Shown piece after piece: positions 40,017 to 49,062 of a DNA stretch of 64,000 nucleotides. A model generated the notes under the pieces. It had not been told where the DNA came from and ran no database searches. It saw only the letters and a list, made by a program, of their open reading frames with translations. Position 1 is the stretch's first letter. Every line of letters starts with the position of its first letter. Made by a program: the position numbers and the translations under genes. The DNA is from Alistipes senegalensis. Lineage in GTDB: Bacteria > Bacteroidota > Bacteroidia > Bacteroidales > Rikenellaceae. The stretch is taken from assembly GCA_023665825.1 (NCBI GenBank), contig JAMPDE010000002.1, forward strand, positions 87,524 to 151,523, in the 5' to 3' direction.

Positions 40017-40886
40017 ATGTTGCACAACTTCTTAATAAAATATCTGGAATCGAGCAAACGGCTCGTCGTGCCGCAGTTGGGTGTCTTTCTCGTCAAGGAA
40101 CCCGGCCGGAGCATCGTCTTTTCGGAGCTGATGAAACGGGACGACGGTGTTTTGCGCGGATTGCTGTGCAACGAGGGGAAGAACGAGATCGAGGCTGCCG
40201 GTATGATCGACCGCTTCGTCTTCGAGGTGCGCCATGCCGTTGAAAACGGGACGGATTATCGGATACCCGGTTTCGGTACGTTCAAACCGGGTCTGAACGG
40301 GGCGATTCGGTTCGTTTGCCAGTCGGCCGAGCGGCCGGTTGCGGCTTTGTCGTCCGGCCCCGATTCGCAACCGATTCCGAAGCCGATACAGGAACCGGAA
40401 CCGATGCTGAACGCGACGCAGGTTCCGGTTGGCGAGCCGGAATTTCATCCGGTTAGCAAGTCGGCCGAGTTGAAACCTCATTCGGTTGAAAAACCTGTCG
40501 CGCCGCAGAAAAAAGAATCCCTCCGAGCACCGGTATCGGATGATTGGGCGGCCTACAAATCGCATATCGACACCGCGCGAATGGCTGAAACCATGCGAAC
40601 CGCGTTCGGTGAAAATGCAGGAAATACGGCTGCCCGACAGCCGAAAAGAGCGGCGGCAAGATCCTATGCCGAAGACGACGCGGAAATGTCGCCCGATGTT
40701 CGACGCCCGAAACGGCGCGGGTTCGACCGATTCTTCCTTTTCGTCGGGATACTTGCCGTGCTGATTGCGGTGGCGGCCATTGCATTCGGATTCTGGCGAG
40801 AAATCAGCGAACGGCAGGCCGAAGATACCGTAGAAGTAGAAGAAGTGGAACGGTGGATTCCCCGTTCCGATAACTCCCATTCTTGA
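40017..40886 (+). CDS. HU/IHF-like (HU-CCDC81-type) domain membrane-anchored protein
   Basis: LVVPQLGVF and IPGFGTF HU-like motifs, a Pro-rich linker and one C-terminal TM helix. Confidence 0.7.
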   Translation: MLHNFLIKYLESSKRLVVPQLGVFLVKEPGRSIVFSELMKRDDGVLRGLLCNEGKNEIEAAGMIDRFVFEVRHAVENGTDYRIPGFGTFKPGLNGAIRFVCQSAERPVAALSSGPDSQPIPKPIQEPEPMLNATQVPVGEPEFHPVSKSAELKPHSVEKPVAPQKKESLRAPVSDDWAAYKSHIDTARMAETMRTAFGENAGNTAARQPKRAAARSYAEDDAEMSPDVRRPKRRGFDRFFLFVGILAVLIAVAAIAFGFWREISERQAEDTVEVEEVERWIPRSDNSHS

Positions 40887-40898
40887 ATCGAAGAACAG

Positions 40899-42146
40899 AT
40901 GACGCAGATAACCCCAGAACAGATAACTTCGGTCAAGCAGCGTTTCGGTATCATCGGAACGTCCGAATTGCTCGACCGTGCGTTGGAGGTGGCATTGCGG
41001 GTCGCCCCGACCGATCTGACCGTGCTCGTCACGGGTGAGAGCGGCGTGGGCAAGGAGTTTTTCCCGCAGGTCATCCACGCCAATTCGGCCCGCAAACACA
41101 ACAAATATATCGCGGTGAACTGCGCGGCTATTCCCGAAGGTACGATCGATTCGGAGCTTTTCGGTCACGAAAAGGGGGCCTTTACCGGCGCACTGGATGC
41201 CCGCAAGGGCTATTTCGAGGAGGCCGACGGCGGCACGATTTTCCTCGACGAGGTGGCGGAACTTCCGCTTCCGACGCAGGCGCGCCTCCTGCGCGTGTTG
41301 CAGTCCGGCGAATTTATCCGCGTCGGGTCGTCGAAAGTACAAAAGACCAACGTCCGTGTCGTTGCGGCGACCAATACCGATTTGCCGCAGGCGATTCTCT
41401 CGGGCCGATTCCGCGAAGACCTCTATTATCGGTTGGGAACGGTGCCCATCGTGGTGCCTGCCTTGCGCGAACGGCCCGGCGATATTCCGTTGTTGTTCCG
41501 CAAGTTCGCTTCGGATGTGGCGACGCAGTACCGGATGCCGGCCATCACGCTCGACAACGGCGCGCGCGAGTTGTTGATGGATTACTATTGGCGCGGGAAC
41601 ATCCGCCAGTTGAAGAACGTCGCCGAGCAGATTTCGGCGATCGAGCAGGTGCGGGTCGTAACGCCCGAAGTGCTGGCCAAATACCTGCCGCGTCAGGAGG
41701 GCGGTGCGCCGATGACGGCCGATATTCCCCGCATGAACGACGACATGGCTACGGAACGCGAATTGCTCTACAAGGTGCTGTTCGACATGCGTTCGGACAT
41801 CAACGATTTGAAGCGGATGCTTTCGGAGCTGACGCAGGGCACGTGGATGCACCGTGAGCCGCCGCATGACATCAAGGCGCTGCTGCCTTCGGCGGCGCAG
41901 AGTTCGGTGCGGGTCATGGACAGCGGTGTGGCTTACGGCAGCGGGGTTGCGGTCGATACCGAGAGCGAGGACGTCACCGACGAACCGCCGCGCGAGAAGA
42001 CCAAAGCCGATATGCAGCGTGAACAAATCGTGCGGGCATTGCGTCGCAACAACGGGCGCCGGCGCGAAGCGGCTGCCGAACTCTTCATGTCCGAGCGTAC
42101 GCTTTACCGAAAAATCAAGGAGTTGGGAATCGAAGAGAATTCATAA
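40899..42146 (+). CDS. Sigma-54 interaction domain AAA+ regulator with Fis-type HTH
   Basis: GESGVGKE, SELFGHEKGAFTGA, FLDEV, FREDLYYRL, WRGNIRQL, C-terminal HTH. No receiver domain. Confidence 0.93.
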   Translation: MTQITPEQITSVKQRFGIIGTSELLDRALEVALRVAPTDLTVLVTGESGVGKEFFPQVIHANSARKHNKYIAVNCAAIPEGTIDSELFGHEKGAFTGALDARKGYFEEADGGTIFLDEVAELPLPTQARLLRVLQSGEFIRVGSSKVQKTNVRVVAATNTDLPQAILSGRFREDLYYRLGTVPIVVPALRERPGDIPLLFRKFASDVATQYRMPAITLDNGARELLMDYYWRGNIRQLKNVAEQISAIEQVRVVTPEVLAKYLPRQEGGAPMTADIPRMNDDMATERELLYKVLFDMRSDINDLKRMLSELTQGTWMHREPPHDIKALLPSAAQSSVRVMDSGVAYGSGVAVDTESEDVTDEPPREKTKADMQREQIVRALRRNNGRRREAAAELFMSERTLYRKIKELGIEENS

Positions 42147-42168
42147 TTTACAATCTGACGAATATCCG

Positions 42169-42702
42169 ATGCACAAATATCATTTTTCCTCATTCATTGT
42201 CCGTTTTTCGTTGGCGCTCGTCGCTTTGTTCGTAGCGAGCGGTTGCGGCGTGGCAATCAAGTATTCGCTTTCGGGAGCCTCGATTCCGCCCGATGCCAAG
42301 ACCTTTTCGGTGGCCTATTTCCCGAACAATGCGACTATGGTGTCGCCGATATTGAGTTCGACGATGACCGAAGCGCTGGTCGATATGTTTACGCGCCGCA
42401 CGCGGTTGGTACAGGTCGAGGAGGGCGGCGATTTCGCGTTCGAGGGCGAGATCGTGAATTATACCTCCGTGACGGCTTCCGTGTCGAGCGACGATTACGC
42501 CTTGTTGAACCGGCTTACCATTACGGTCAAGGTGCGTTTTACTAATGCCGTCGATGAAAAGGCTTCGTGGAATCGGACCTTTTCGGCCTACGAGGATTAC
42601 GAATCGACGAGGCTTCTGACCGAAGTCGAAGGGGAGTTGATTCCGCAAATCGTCGATAAAATCGTGACCGACATTTTCCAAGCGTCGGCTTCCAACTGGT
42701 AA
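42169..42702 (+). CDS. lptE: LptE-family lipoprotein
   Basis: Lipobox ASGC, YSLSGASI, NRLTITVKVRF, ends ANW-like (SNW). Sits in the usual Bacteroidota position after the sigma54 regulator. Confidence 0.75.
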   Translation: MHKYHFSSFIVRFSLALVALFVASGCGVAIKYSLSGASIPPDAKTFSVAYFPNNATMVSPILSSTMTEALVDMFTRRTRLVQVEEGGDFAFEGEIVNYTSVTASVSSDDYALLNRLTITVKVRFTNAVDEKASWNRTFSAYEDYESTRLLTEVEGELIPQIVDKIVTDIFQASASNW

Positions 42703-42714
42703 TAGAAAAAAAAT

Positions 42715-43218
42715 ATGCACCCGATCGAAACTTTGACCCGGATATTTTTTGCGGGCGGCGATTGTCCCCCCGAAAAAGCGGAACTCGACGGCCTCGTCCG
42801 TCGTTACGGATGGTTCGGCCCTGCACGGGTCTTGCGCGAACGATTGACCGGCAGAACCGACCCGCGATTGACTATGTTGTCCGCATGGCGGGTCGAGAGC
42901 TCGTTATGTGCTGCACCGGTAGCTGCGGCCGAGCTGCTCTCGGTTTCGTCGGACGAATTGATCGACCGTTTTTTGGAAGAGGAGAATCTGCGTATCGTGG
43001 CCGAAGAGGGCGAACCCGACGAGGAGGTGCGGACGACCCCCGAACTGGCCGAGAACGAGGAGCTGGTGAGCGAGTCGCTGGCCGAAATCTATCTTGCGCA
43101 GGGTCTGCCCGATCGGGCCGTCGCGATTTATCATAAATTAAGTTTGCTAAATCCCGAAAAAAGTGTTTACTTTGCCGAGCTTATCGACCGGGTCGAGAAA
43201 CAGAAAAACAATAATTAA
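42715..43218 (+). CDS. Hypothetical protein with C-terminal TPR-like motif
   Basis: SESLAEIYLAQG...LSLLNPEKSVYFA, a motif typical of the gene upstream of secG in Bacteroidota. Confidence 0.8.
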   Translation: MHPIETLTRIFFAGGDCPPEKAELDGLVRRYGWFGPARVLRERLTGRTDPRLTMLSAWRVESSLCAAPVAAAELLSVSSDELIDRFLEEENLRIVAEEGEPDEEVRTTPELAENEELVSESLAEIYLAQGLPDRAVAIYHKLSLLNPEKSVYFAELIDRVEKQKNNN

Positions 43219-43230
43219 ATTCTCAACGAT

Positions 43231-43581
43231 ATGTTATACACGATTTGCGTTGCCCTGATAGTCATTGCGAGTATTCTGGTGATTCTCGCGGTATTGGTGC
43301 AGAACCCCAAGAGCGGCATGGCCGCCAATTTCGGCGCATCGAATCAGGTGATGGGCGTGCGCGAAACTTCCGATTTTCTGGAAAAATTCACTTGGACGAT
43401 GGCCGTCGTCATCTTGGTATTGAGTTTGGCGGCTACCGTTGCGATGAATCGCGGAGGAGTTGCGGGTGATTCCGAAGCAGCCAAAGATGCCAAAGCATTG
43501 CAGGAACAGGTGATGGAATCGGCTCCGGCCATCCCGCAGACCGAAGTTCCCGCAGCGAGCGACGAACAGCCTGCGGAATAG
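43231..43581 (+). CDS. secG: Preprotein translocase subunit SecG
   Basis: TM-VLVQNPKSGMAANFG...FLEKFTW-TM. Confidence 0.92.
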   Translation: MLYTICVALIVIASILVILAVLVQNPKSGMAANFGASNQVMGVRETSDFLEKFTWTMAVVILVLSLAATVAMNRGGVAGDSEAAKDAKALQEQVMESAPAIPQTEVPAASDEQPAE

Positions 43582-43637
43582 TTTTTACGAACTTTTTTCG
43601 GAGGGGCCGAATCGGCCCGGTCCATTTTGCAAAATCG

Positions 43638-43668
43638 AGAGCCGCAATCATTCGTTGCGGCTCTTTTT
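43638..43668 (+). terminator. Intrinsic terminator after secG
   Basis: AGAGCCGCAA...TTGCGGCTCTTTTT. Confidence 0.75.
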
Positions 43669-43680
43669 ATTCGATTACTC

Positions 43681-44064
43681 ATGGATGTTTTGAGCTTTCG
43701 CGATTATTGCCTCTCTTTGCCGATGAGCGAAGAGACTACACCGTTCGATGAAACGACGCTCGTTTATAAGGTCGGAGGCAAGATGTATGCTTGCGCCGAT
43801 ATGGCCGATTTCGGGCATATCGCTGTGAAATGCGATCCCGACGAGGCTTTGCGTCTGCGCGAATCCTACCCGGAGGTGACTACGGCTTGGCATTTCAGCA
43901 AACGGCATTGGAATGGTATTCGTACCGACGGCGATTTGCCCGACCGTTTCATCCGCGAACAAATCCGTAATTCTTATCTGTTGGTTTTGCGGCAGAATGT
44001 TACTCCCAAATCCTTGCGCGAGGAGATTCTCGCCTATGTCGAACAGCACGGGCTGCCGGAATAA
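43681..44064 (+). CDS. MmcQ/YjbR family protein
   Basis: YCLSLP, PFDETTLVYKVGGKMY, KCDPD, HFSKRHWN. Confidence 0.9.
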   Translation: MDVLSFRDYCLSLPMSEETTPFDETTLVYKVGGKMYACADMADFGHIAVKCDPDEALRLRESYPEVTTAWHFSKRHWNGIRTDGDLPDRFIREQIRNSYLLVLRQNVTPKSLREEILAYVEQHGLPE

Positions 44065-44105
44065 CACTTCCGACAGCCCGTTTTCTTTGCAGATGTTCGC
44101 AGTGG

Positions 44106-44702
44106 TCAGTTGTTTCGTATTTGCCGGTTCCAGCGCAGGTATCCGGCTACGGCCAATGCTGAGTAGAGCAGGTAGAGGCCTGCTGTAAAAGGAATTTCCT
44201 TGTAAAAATAGAGCCCGACGGTCGTGAGGTCTACAACGAGCCAGACGAGCCATTGTTCGGCATATTTGCGCGAGAGCATCCACATCGCCACGACCGATAG
44301 GGCGGTCGTGAAGCTGTCCCAGAACGGCACGGTGCTGTTGGTGAAGCGGACCAGCAGCAGATAAATTCCGGCATGAACAAGCGCGTAGGCTCCCACGAGC
44401 AACGGTATCTGCCGCAGCGGAGTGCGGGAAATGGCGGGCGAAGTGCCGACTGTTCGGGTTGTCGGGCTATTTTTTTCGGCTCGTCCGCGTTGCCATACCG
44501 CCCATCCATAGAGCCCAGCCAGCACATAGTACGCTTGCATCGAGCAGTCGGCATAGAGCCCCGACCGGTAGTAGAGTACGCCGTTTACAACGGGCATCAC
44601 CAGCCCGATGACCCACAGCCGGATGTCTGCCCGGTATTCGAGCCACAGGTAAAGCAGGCCGAGCGCAATGCCCGCTAATTGAAGAATCAGTTTCCAGTCC
44701 AT
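44106..44702 (-). CDS. PnuC-family vitamin transporter (PnuT-like, probably thiamine)
   Basis: Multiple TM segments, YGWAVW, DSFTTALS, EQWLVWLVVD. Lies in the riboswitch-led operon. Confidence 0.88.
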   Translation of the reverse strand: MDWKLILQLAGIALGLLYLWLEYRADIRLWVIGLVMPVVNGVLYYRSGLYADCSMQAYYVLAGLYGWAVWQRGRAEKNSPTTRTVGTSPAISRTPLRQIPLLVGAYALVHAGIYLLLVRFTNSTVPFWDSFTTALSVVAMWMLSRKYAEQWLVWLVVDLTTVGLYFYKEIPFTAGLYLLYSALAVAGYLRWNRQIRNN

Positions 44703-44711
44703 ACATCAGAT

Positions 44712-45344
44712 TTATTTGCCGGATGACGTTAGCTGCCGATAAATACGGTCGAATTTCGCTCGCAACAGCGTTTCGTCGCGGATGATGGCACGGAGTCTTT
44801 CGAGGCGCGCGGCATTCGGACTTTCCGGGAACCACAGTTTGAGATAGCCGCCTTCCGCATATTTTTCGTTCATGTGTGCCACGACACGTCGGTAGTGCTC
44901 CTCGCAGTCGAGTTCGGGAAAATGTTCCAGCCCGTATTGAATGGTGCGTTCGATAATCCGGTCGGGGTCAATGAATCGGTCGGCTTCGCTCACGATTTTG
45001 CCGTAGATGCTTCGCGGTTCTTGGTCGGACGATGCTCGGTGGTCTTCTACCGCCTGCGCCATGATCTCGATTTGGTCGTCACGGAACCACTCTTTGAGCC
45101 GCATGTCTTCTCGTACGAGTCGTCCCGATTCCAGATGATGCGTCCGTCGGTCTTTCAGCAATCCGCTGTCGTGATAGGCTGCGATGGCATAGACCATATC
45201 AGGGTTTACTTCGTAATTCTCAGCGATGGCCATGCTTTGCGCAATCACCATTTCGGCATGATTGCGGCGGTGGGCCGCGTCGAATCGGTCATAGAGCGGC
45301 AAAATCCGGTTTTCGATGTATCGTTGCAGCGAGGGTGTTATCAT
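44712..45344 (-). CDS. HD-domain phosphohydrolase
   Basis: AHRRNH...AAYHDSG...HH...EDHRAS...EADR. Start is 45344 (MITPS) or 45377. Confidence 0.85.
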   Translation of the reverse strand: MITPSLQRYIENRILPLYDRFDAAHRRNHAEMVIAQSMAIAENYEVNPDMVYAIAAYHDSGLLKDRRTHHLESGRLVREDMRLKEWFRDDQIEIMAQAVEDHRASSDQEPRSIYGKIVSEADRFIDPDRIIERTIQYGLEHFPELDCEEHYRRVVAHMNEKYAEGGYLKLWFPESPNAARLERLRAIIRDETLLRAKFDRIYRQLTSSGK

Positions 45345-45412
45345 TGCGGGTAAGAATTTGTCGGGAAAATGGGACATCCTGCGTGATGCAGGATATCCCG
45401 AATCGGTATCGG

Positions 45413-47770
45413 TCAGAATTTCACGGTTACGTTCGCCAGCACATTGAGCGGTGCCTGCGGGAAGTAGAAGGCGTGATCGGTCTGTTCTGTGTGTCCTTTG
45501 TCATCCGTATAGGCTTCCGACCAGCCGTAGCCGTTGCTCTCGTACTCCGTGTTGAACAGGTTGTTGACCTGCAACCCGAACCGGATGCTGCGGGCAGCCC
45601 GTGTGCGGAACGTATAGCCCAGATTGAGGTTCGTCACGCAGTAGGCATCGAGTTGCATGTTCCGGTTTTCGTAGTTTGTGAAGTATTGCTTGCTCACGTA
45701 TTGCGTGTGCAGTACGGCCTCGAATCCTTTGTGGTGGAAATCCAGCAACAGTGCCGCAATGGTTTTCGGTGAATAGGCCAGAGGCATCGTTCCCATTGCG
45801 ACCGTGTGGTAGCCGTATTCGCCTGCGACATTGCCCGAAAGCCCGTAGTCGACGACGCGGTGCACGTAATTCTCGATGCGGTTCTGCGAAAAGGTCGCGT
45901 TGGCATTGGCTGTGAACCACTTCGTCACCCGCCACGAAGCCGACAGCTCGATACCGCGTCGGTAGCTGTCCGGTACGTTGTCGTTCAGGGCGTCGTAGCC
46001 GTCGTTGATGCGGCCCGTCGGAACGAGCTGATCCTTGTACTTCATGTAGTAGAGGTTCACGCCCAGCGACAGACGCGGTGCCGTATAGGTGTAGCCAAGT
46101 TCGTAGTCATAGAGCCTTTCGGCGGTGGGGTAGGTGCCCGCTTCGGCGAACATGTAGCGGTCGGTAAAGTCGCTGCGCGTGGGTTCTTTCTGCGCAATGG
46201 CGAACGAAACATAGAAATTGTTGCGTTTTCCCAACGTGTAGTTCAGTCCGATGTGCGGATTGAAAAAGTGGTACCGCTTGTCGACGTCGATAGGCTGCAT
46301 GCCCGTTTGCTTGTCGATGAAGTTGTCGTTTACGCCCCACGCTTTGTAGTGGACGTAGCGGTATTGCAAGTCGCCGAAAAGGCGCAATCCGTTCGCTACT
46401 TGCCAGTTGACCCGGGCGAAGATGTTGGCGTCTTGCTTGTCGACATCGTTGTCGTACCAGCGGCCACCGAGTGCAGCCGGTTCCACGCCGTCCACCCAGT
46501 CCAGTTCGCCCCAGTGCGGGCAGGTGTAGTAGCTCCACGAACCGCCGAACGTCAGATCGAGCCGACGGGTCGAGTAGTTGGCAGCTGCATTCACGCCGCC
46601 CAAGTGGTTGCGCATCAGTTTTTCGCGGATCAGGTCTTTGAGCACCTTGATTTTGCTGCCCTCTTTGTCAAGCACGAACTGGCCGTCGGCATCGGTCTGG
46701 TAGGCGAGAGCGTCCGGGAACCCGTATTCGACGAGTTTCGCGTCATCCTTGTATTGTTTGTAGTAGCCGTAGCCGTAGGTATAAAAAGCGGTGGCATTCA
46801 GCGTCCAGCGGTCGTTCAGGCGTTGACTCAACAGCAGTTGGTTGTTGATTTGCAGGTAGTTGTCCGTCTGGTCGTCGTAGTAATCGACGGTCGCACGTTG
46901 CAATTCTCTTTTTTTTATGTAATAGTAGGAGTGCGGGCCGTCGGAAGTGTAGTACATGCCGCTGTTGTGGAAACGGCGGCCGTTCAGCCGCATCTCCTCT
47001 TTCGTTACGCCGTTGTAGGTGAGATAGGTTTTCGCCTTGCCGCCGAACGACACGAGTTTCAGCATCGTATTGCCGTTGTAGTAGCCGGTCTGGAATAGGT
47101 ACGATTTGAGGTCGGTTGCTCCCCGTTCGATATAGCCGTCCGACCCGATATGCGTCAGTCGCGCATCGATCGTCCAGTGTCCGCCTAATAGCCCCGATGA
47201 AATCCCGATGGCCTGCTTGTTGGTGTTGTAGGAGCCGTAGGAGAGCGATGCCGAACCGCCGAATTCGGTCGAAAGCGGTTCGGTCGTCATGCTGACGGCT
47301 CCGCCGAAAGCCCCCGTGCCGTTGGTCGAAATACCGGCGCCGCGTTGGATTTGCATCGTGCCGACGGCCGAAATCAGGTCGGGCGTGTCGTACCAGTACA
47401 TCGCGTGCGAATCGGGATTGTTCATCGAAACGCCGTTGATCGTCACGTTCAGCCGTGTGGCATCCGTGCCGCGCAGACGCATCGACGTAGCACCGATGCC
47501 GATGCCCGTTTCGTTGGTCGCAATCATCGAGGGCGTGAGGGCCAGTACCGACGGAATGTCGTAGCCGTAGCTGTTGCGGGCGATTTGCTCGGCCGAAAGA
47601 TTGGCGAATGCGACGGGCGTTTTCTCCGTCGCGCGGGTAGAGCTCACTTCTACCTCCTGCAATCGGACCATGCGCACCGAATTTTCCGCAACGGTTTGCG
47701 CCTGTGTTCGGGGCTGTGTCCCGACGACCGTCGCAAGCACGACGGCCGATTGAATGAAAAACCTTTTCAT
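45413..47770 (-). CDS. TonB-dependent receptor (thiamine-type, riboswitch-controlled)
   Basis: Signal peptide, TonB-box-like LQEVEVS, plug motif RLNVTINGV...IQRGAGISTNG, terminal Phe. Confidence 0.9.
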   Translation of the reverse strand: MKRFFIQSAVVLATVVGTQPRTQAQTVAENSVRMVRLQEVEVSSTRATEKTPVAFANLSAEQIARNSYGYDIPSVLALTPSMIATNETGIGIGATSMRLRGTDATRLNVTINGVSMNNPDSHAMYWYDTPDLISAVGTMQIQRGAGISTNGTGAFGGAVSMTTEPLSTEFGGSASLSYGSYNTNKQAIGISSGLLGGHWTIDARLTHIGSDGYIERGATDLKSYLFQTGYYNGNTMLKLVSFGGKAKTYLTYNGVTKEEMRLNGRRFHNSGMYYTSDGPHSYYYIKKRELQRATVDYYDDQTDNYLQINNQLLLSQRLNDRWTLNATAFYTYGYGYYKQYKDDAKLVEYGFPDALAYQTDADGQFVLDKEGSKIKVLKDLIREKLMRNHLGGVNAAANYSTRRLDLTFGGSWSYYTCPHWGELDWVDGVEPAALGGRWYDNDVDKQDANIFARVNWQVANGLRLFGDLQYRYVHYKAWGVNDNFIDKQTGMQPIDVDKRYHFFNPHIGLNYTLGKRNNFYVSFAIAQKEPTRSDFTDRYMFAEAGTYPTAERLYDYELGYTYTAPRLSLGVNLYYMKYKDQLVPTGRINDGYDALNDNVPDSYRRGIELSASWRVTKWFTANANATFSQNRIENYVHRVVDYGLSGNVAGEYGYHTVAMGTMPLAYSPKTIAALLLDFHHKGFEAVLHTQYVSKQYFTNYENRNMQLDAYCVTNLNLGYTFRTRAARSIRFGLQVNNLFNTEYESNGYGWSEAYTDDKGHTEQTDHAFYFPQAPLNVLANVTVKF

Positions 47771-47823
47771 AAAACTTTAATTATAAGTTAAAGAACAGAA
47801 AAGGGGTATGTGTTGTTGATTAT

Positions 47824-47900
47824 GCGTTCCCGGTATCGGCATTACCCGTCTCCGGTTCGATGGGTATAATCTCAGCCCGCGCAACGGCGAGCACCCCTTG
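47824..47900 (-). promoter_or_regulatory. TPP-class riboswitch (variant)
   Basis: Minus strand reads AGGGGTGC...GCTGAGATTATACCC-ATCGAACCGGAGACGGGTAATGCCGATACCGGGAA. TACCTTTG promoter element at 47914-47921. Confidence 0.88.
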
Positions 47901-48001
47901 AAGAATATCGGCGCAAAGGTAAAACAAAAGGCGGAAAGCGCAAACACTTTCCGTCTTTTTTCGTGTGAAGGAATCCTCGCATCGGCTTTTCCGGCTGCAA
48001 A

Positions 48002-49057
48002 TCAATATGTTCCGAACCGGAAGACGATTTTCTGGCAATAACGTTCGCCCGGCTGAAGCAGCGGCGACGGAAATTCGGGGCGGTTGACGGCGTCTGGAAA
48101 ATTCTGGCATTCGATGGCCACACCGTCGTGGTCGGCATAGCGACGCCCCGATTTCGTTTCGGGACATCCTCCGGCCAGCCAGTTGCCCGTGTAAATCATC
48201 ACAGACGGCTGCGACGACAGAATCTGCACCATGCGTCCCGATTTCGGGTCGCGCAACTCGCCGACTTCGCCGAGAATGTTGGGCCGCCAGCCGTCGATCG
48301 CGAACGGGTGGTCGTAACCGCGAAAATCGCGGATGTGGTTGAACTCGGCATCGATACCGTCGCGCAGGGGGCGGAACTGCCGGAAATCCTGCGGCGTTCC
48401 GGCGACGTCGAGCATCCGGCCCGTCGGAATCTGGTATGCGTCCATTTCGGGCACCTGCGAACTGTTGAGCCGCAGCTCGTGGTCGAGTACCGAACCGCTT
48501 GCCTCGCCCGACAGGTTGAAATAGACGTGGTTCGTGAGATTGACCACCGTCGTGCGATCGGTCTGTGCGATGTAAGTAATTTCGAGTGAATTTTCGTCGT
48601 CGAAATCGAATATGGCCTCGACCTGCAATTCGCCCGGGTAACCTTGATCGCCGTCGTCCGACGTCAGTGCCATGACCACGCGATTGGTTTCGACGCGGCT
48701 TTCCCACACGCGGTTGGCGAAGTTCTTCGTCCCGCCGTGCAGGTGGTTGCGGCCGTTGTTCACTTCCAGCGAATACTCCTTGCCCTCGACGGTCATGCGG
48801 CCCAATGCGATGCGGTTCGCACAGCGGCCCACGCTTTTGCCCATTGCCGCGCCGTCGAAGAAGTAGCCTTCGGGATGTTTGTAGCCCAATACGACATCGG
48901 CCATACGACCCTCGCGGTTGGGCATCGTCGCGCCGACAATGGCAGCCCCGAAATTCGTGATGCGAACCTCTGCGCCGTGTTCGTTCCGCAGGACATAGAG
49001 AATAATGGCTTCGCCTTCGGGCGTCATGCCCCATACGTGCTGTTCGATTGTTACCAT
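48002..49057 (-). CDS. galM: Aldose 1-epimerase (galactose mutarotase)
   Basis: GRCANRI, NHLHGG, GYPG, NLTNHVYFNL, GYDHPF, IECQNFPD. Confidence 0.92.
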   Translation of the reverse strand: MVTIEQHVWGMTPEGEAIILYVLRNEHGAEVRITNFGAAIVGATMPNREGRMADVVLGYKHPEGYFFDGAAMGKSVGRCANRIALGRMTVEGKEYSLEVNNGRNHLHGGTKNFANRVWESRVETNRVVMALTSDDGDQGYPGELQVEAIFDFDDENSLEITYIAQTDRTTVVNLTNHVYFNLSGEASGSVLDHELRLNSSQVPEMDAYQIPTGRMLDVAGTPQDFRQFRPLRDGIDAEFNHIRDFRGYDHPFAIDGWRPNILGEVGELRDPKSGRMVQILSSQPSVMIYTGNWLAGGCPETKSGRRYADHDGVAIECQNFPDAVNRPEFPSPLLQPGERYCQKIVFRFGTY

Positions 49058-49062
49058 AGGGC

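Noticed and set aside
40899-43581. Receiver-less sigma54 activator-lptE-TPR-secG cluster as a novel system
   Set aside because: This is a widely conserved Bacteroidota gene order, not specific to this window.
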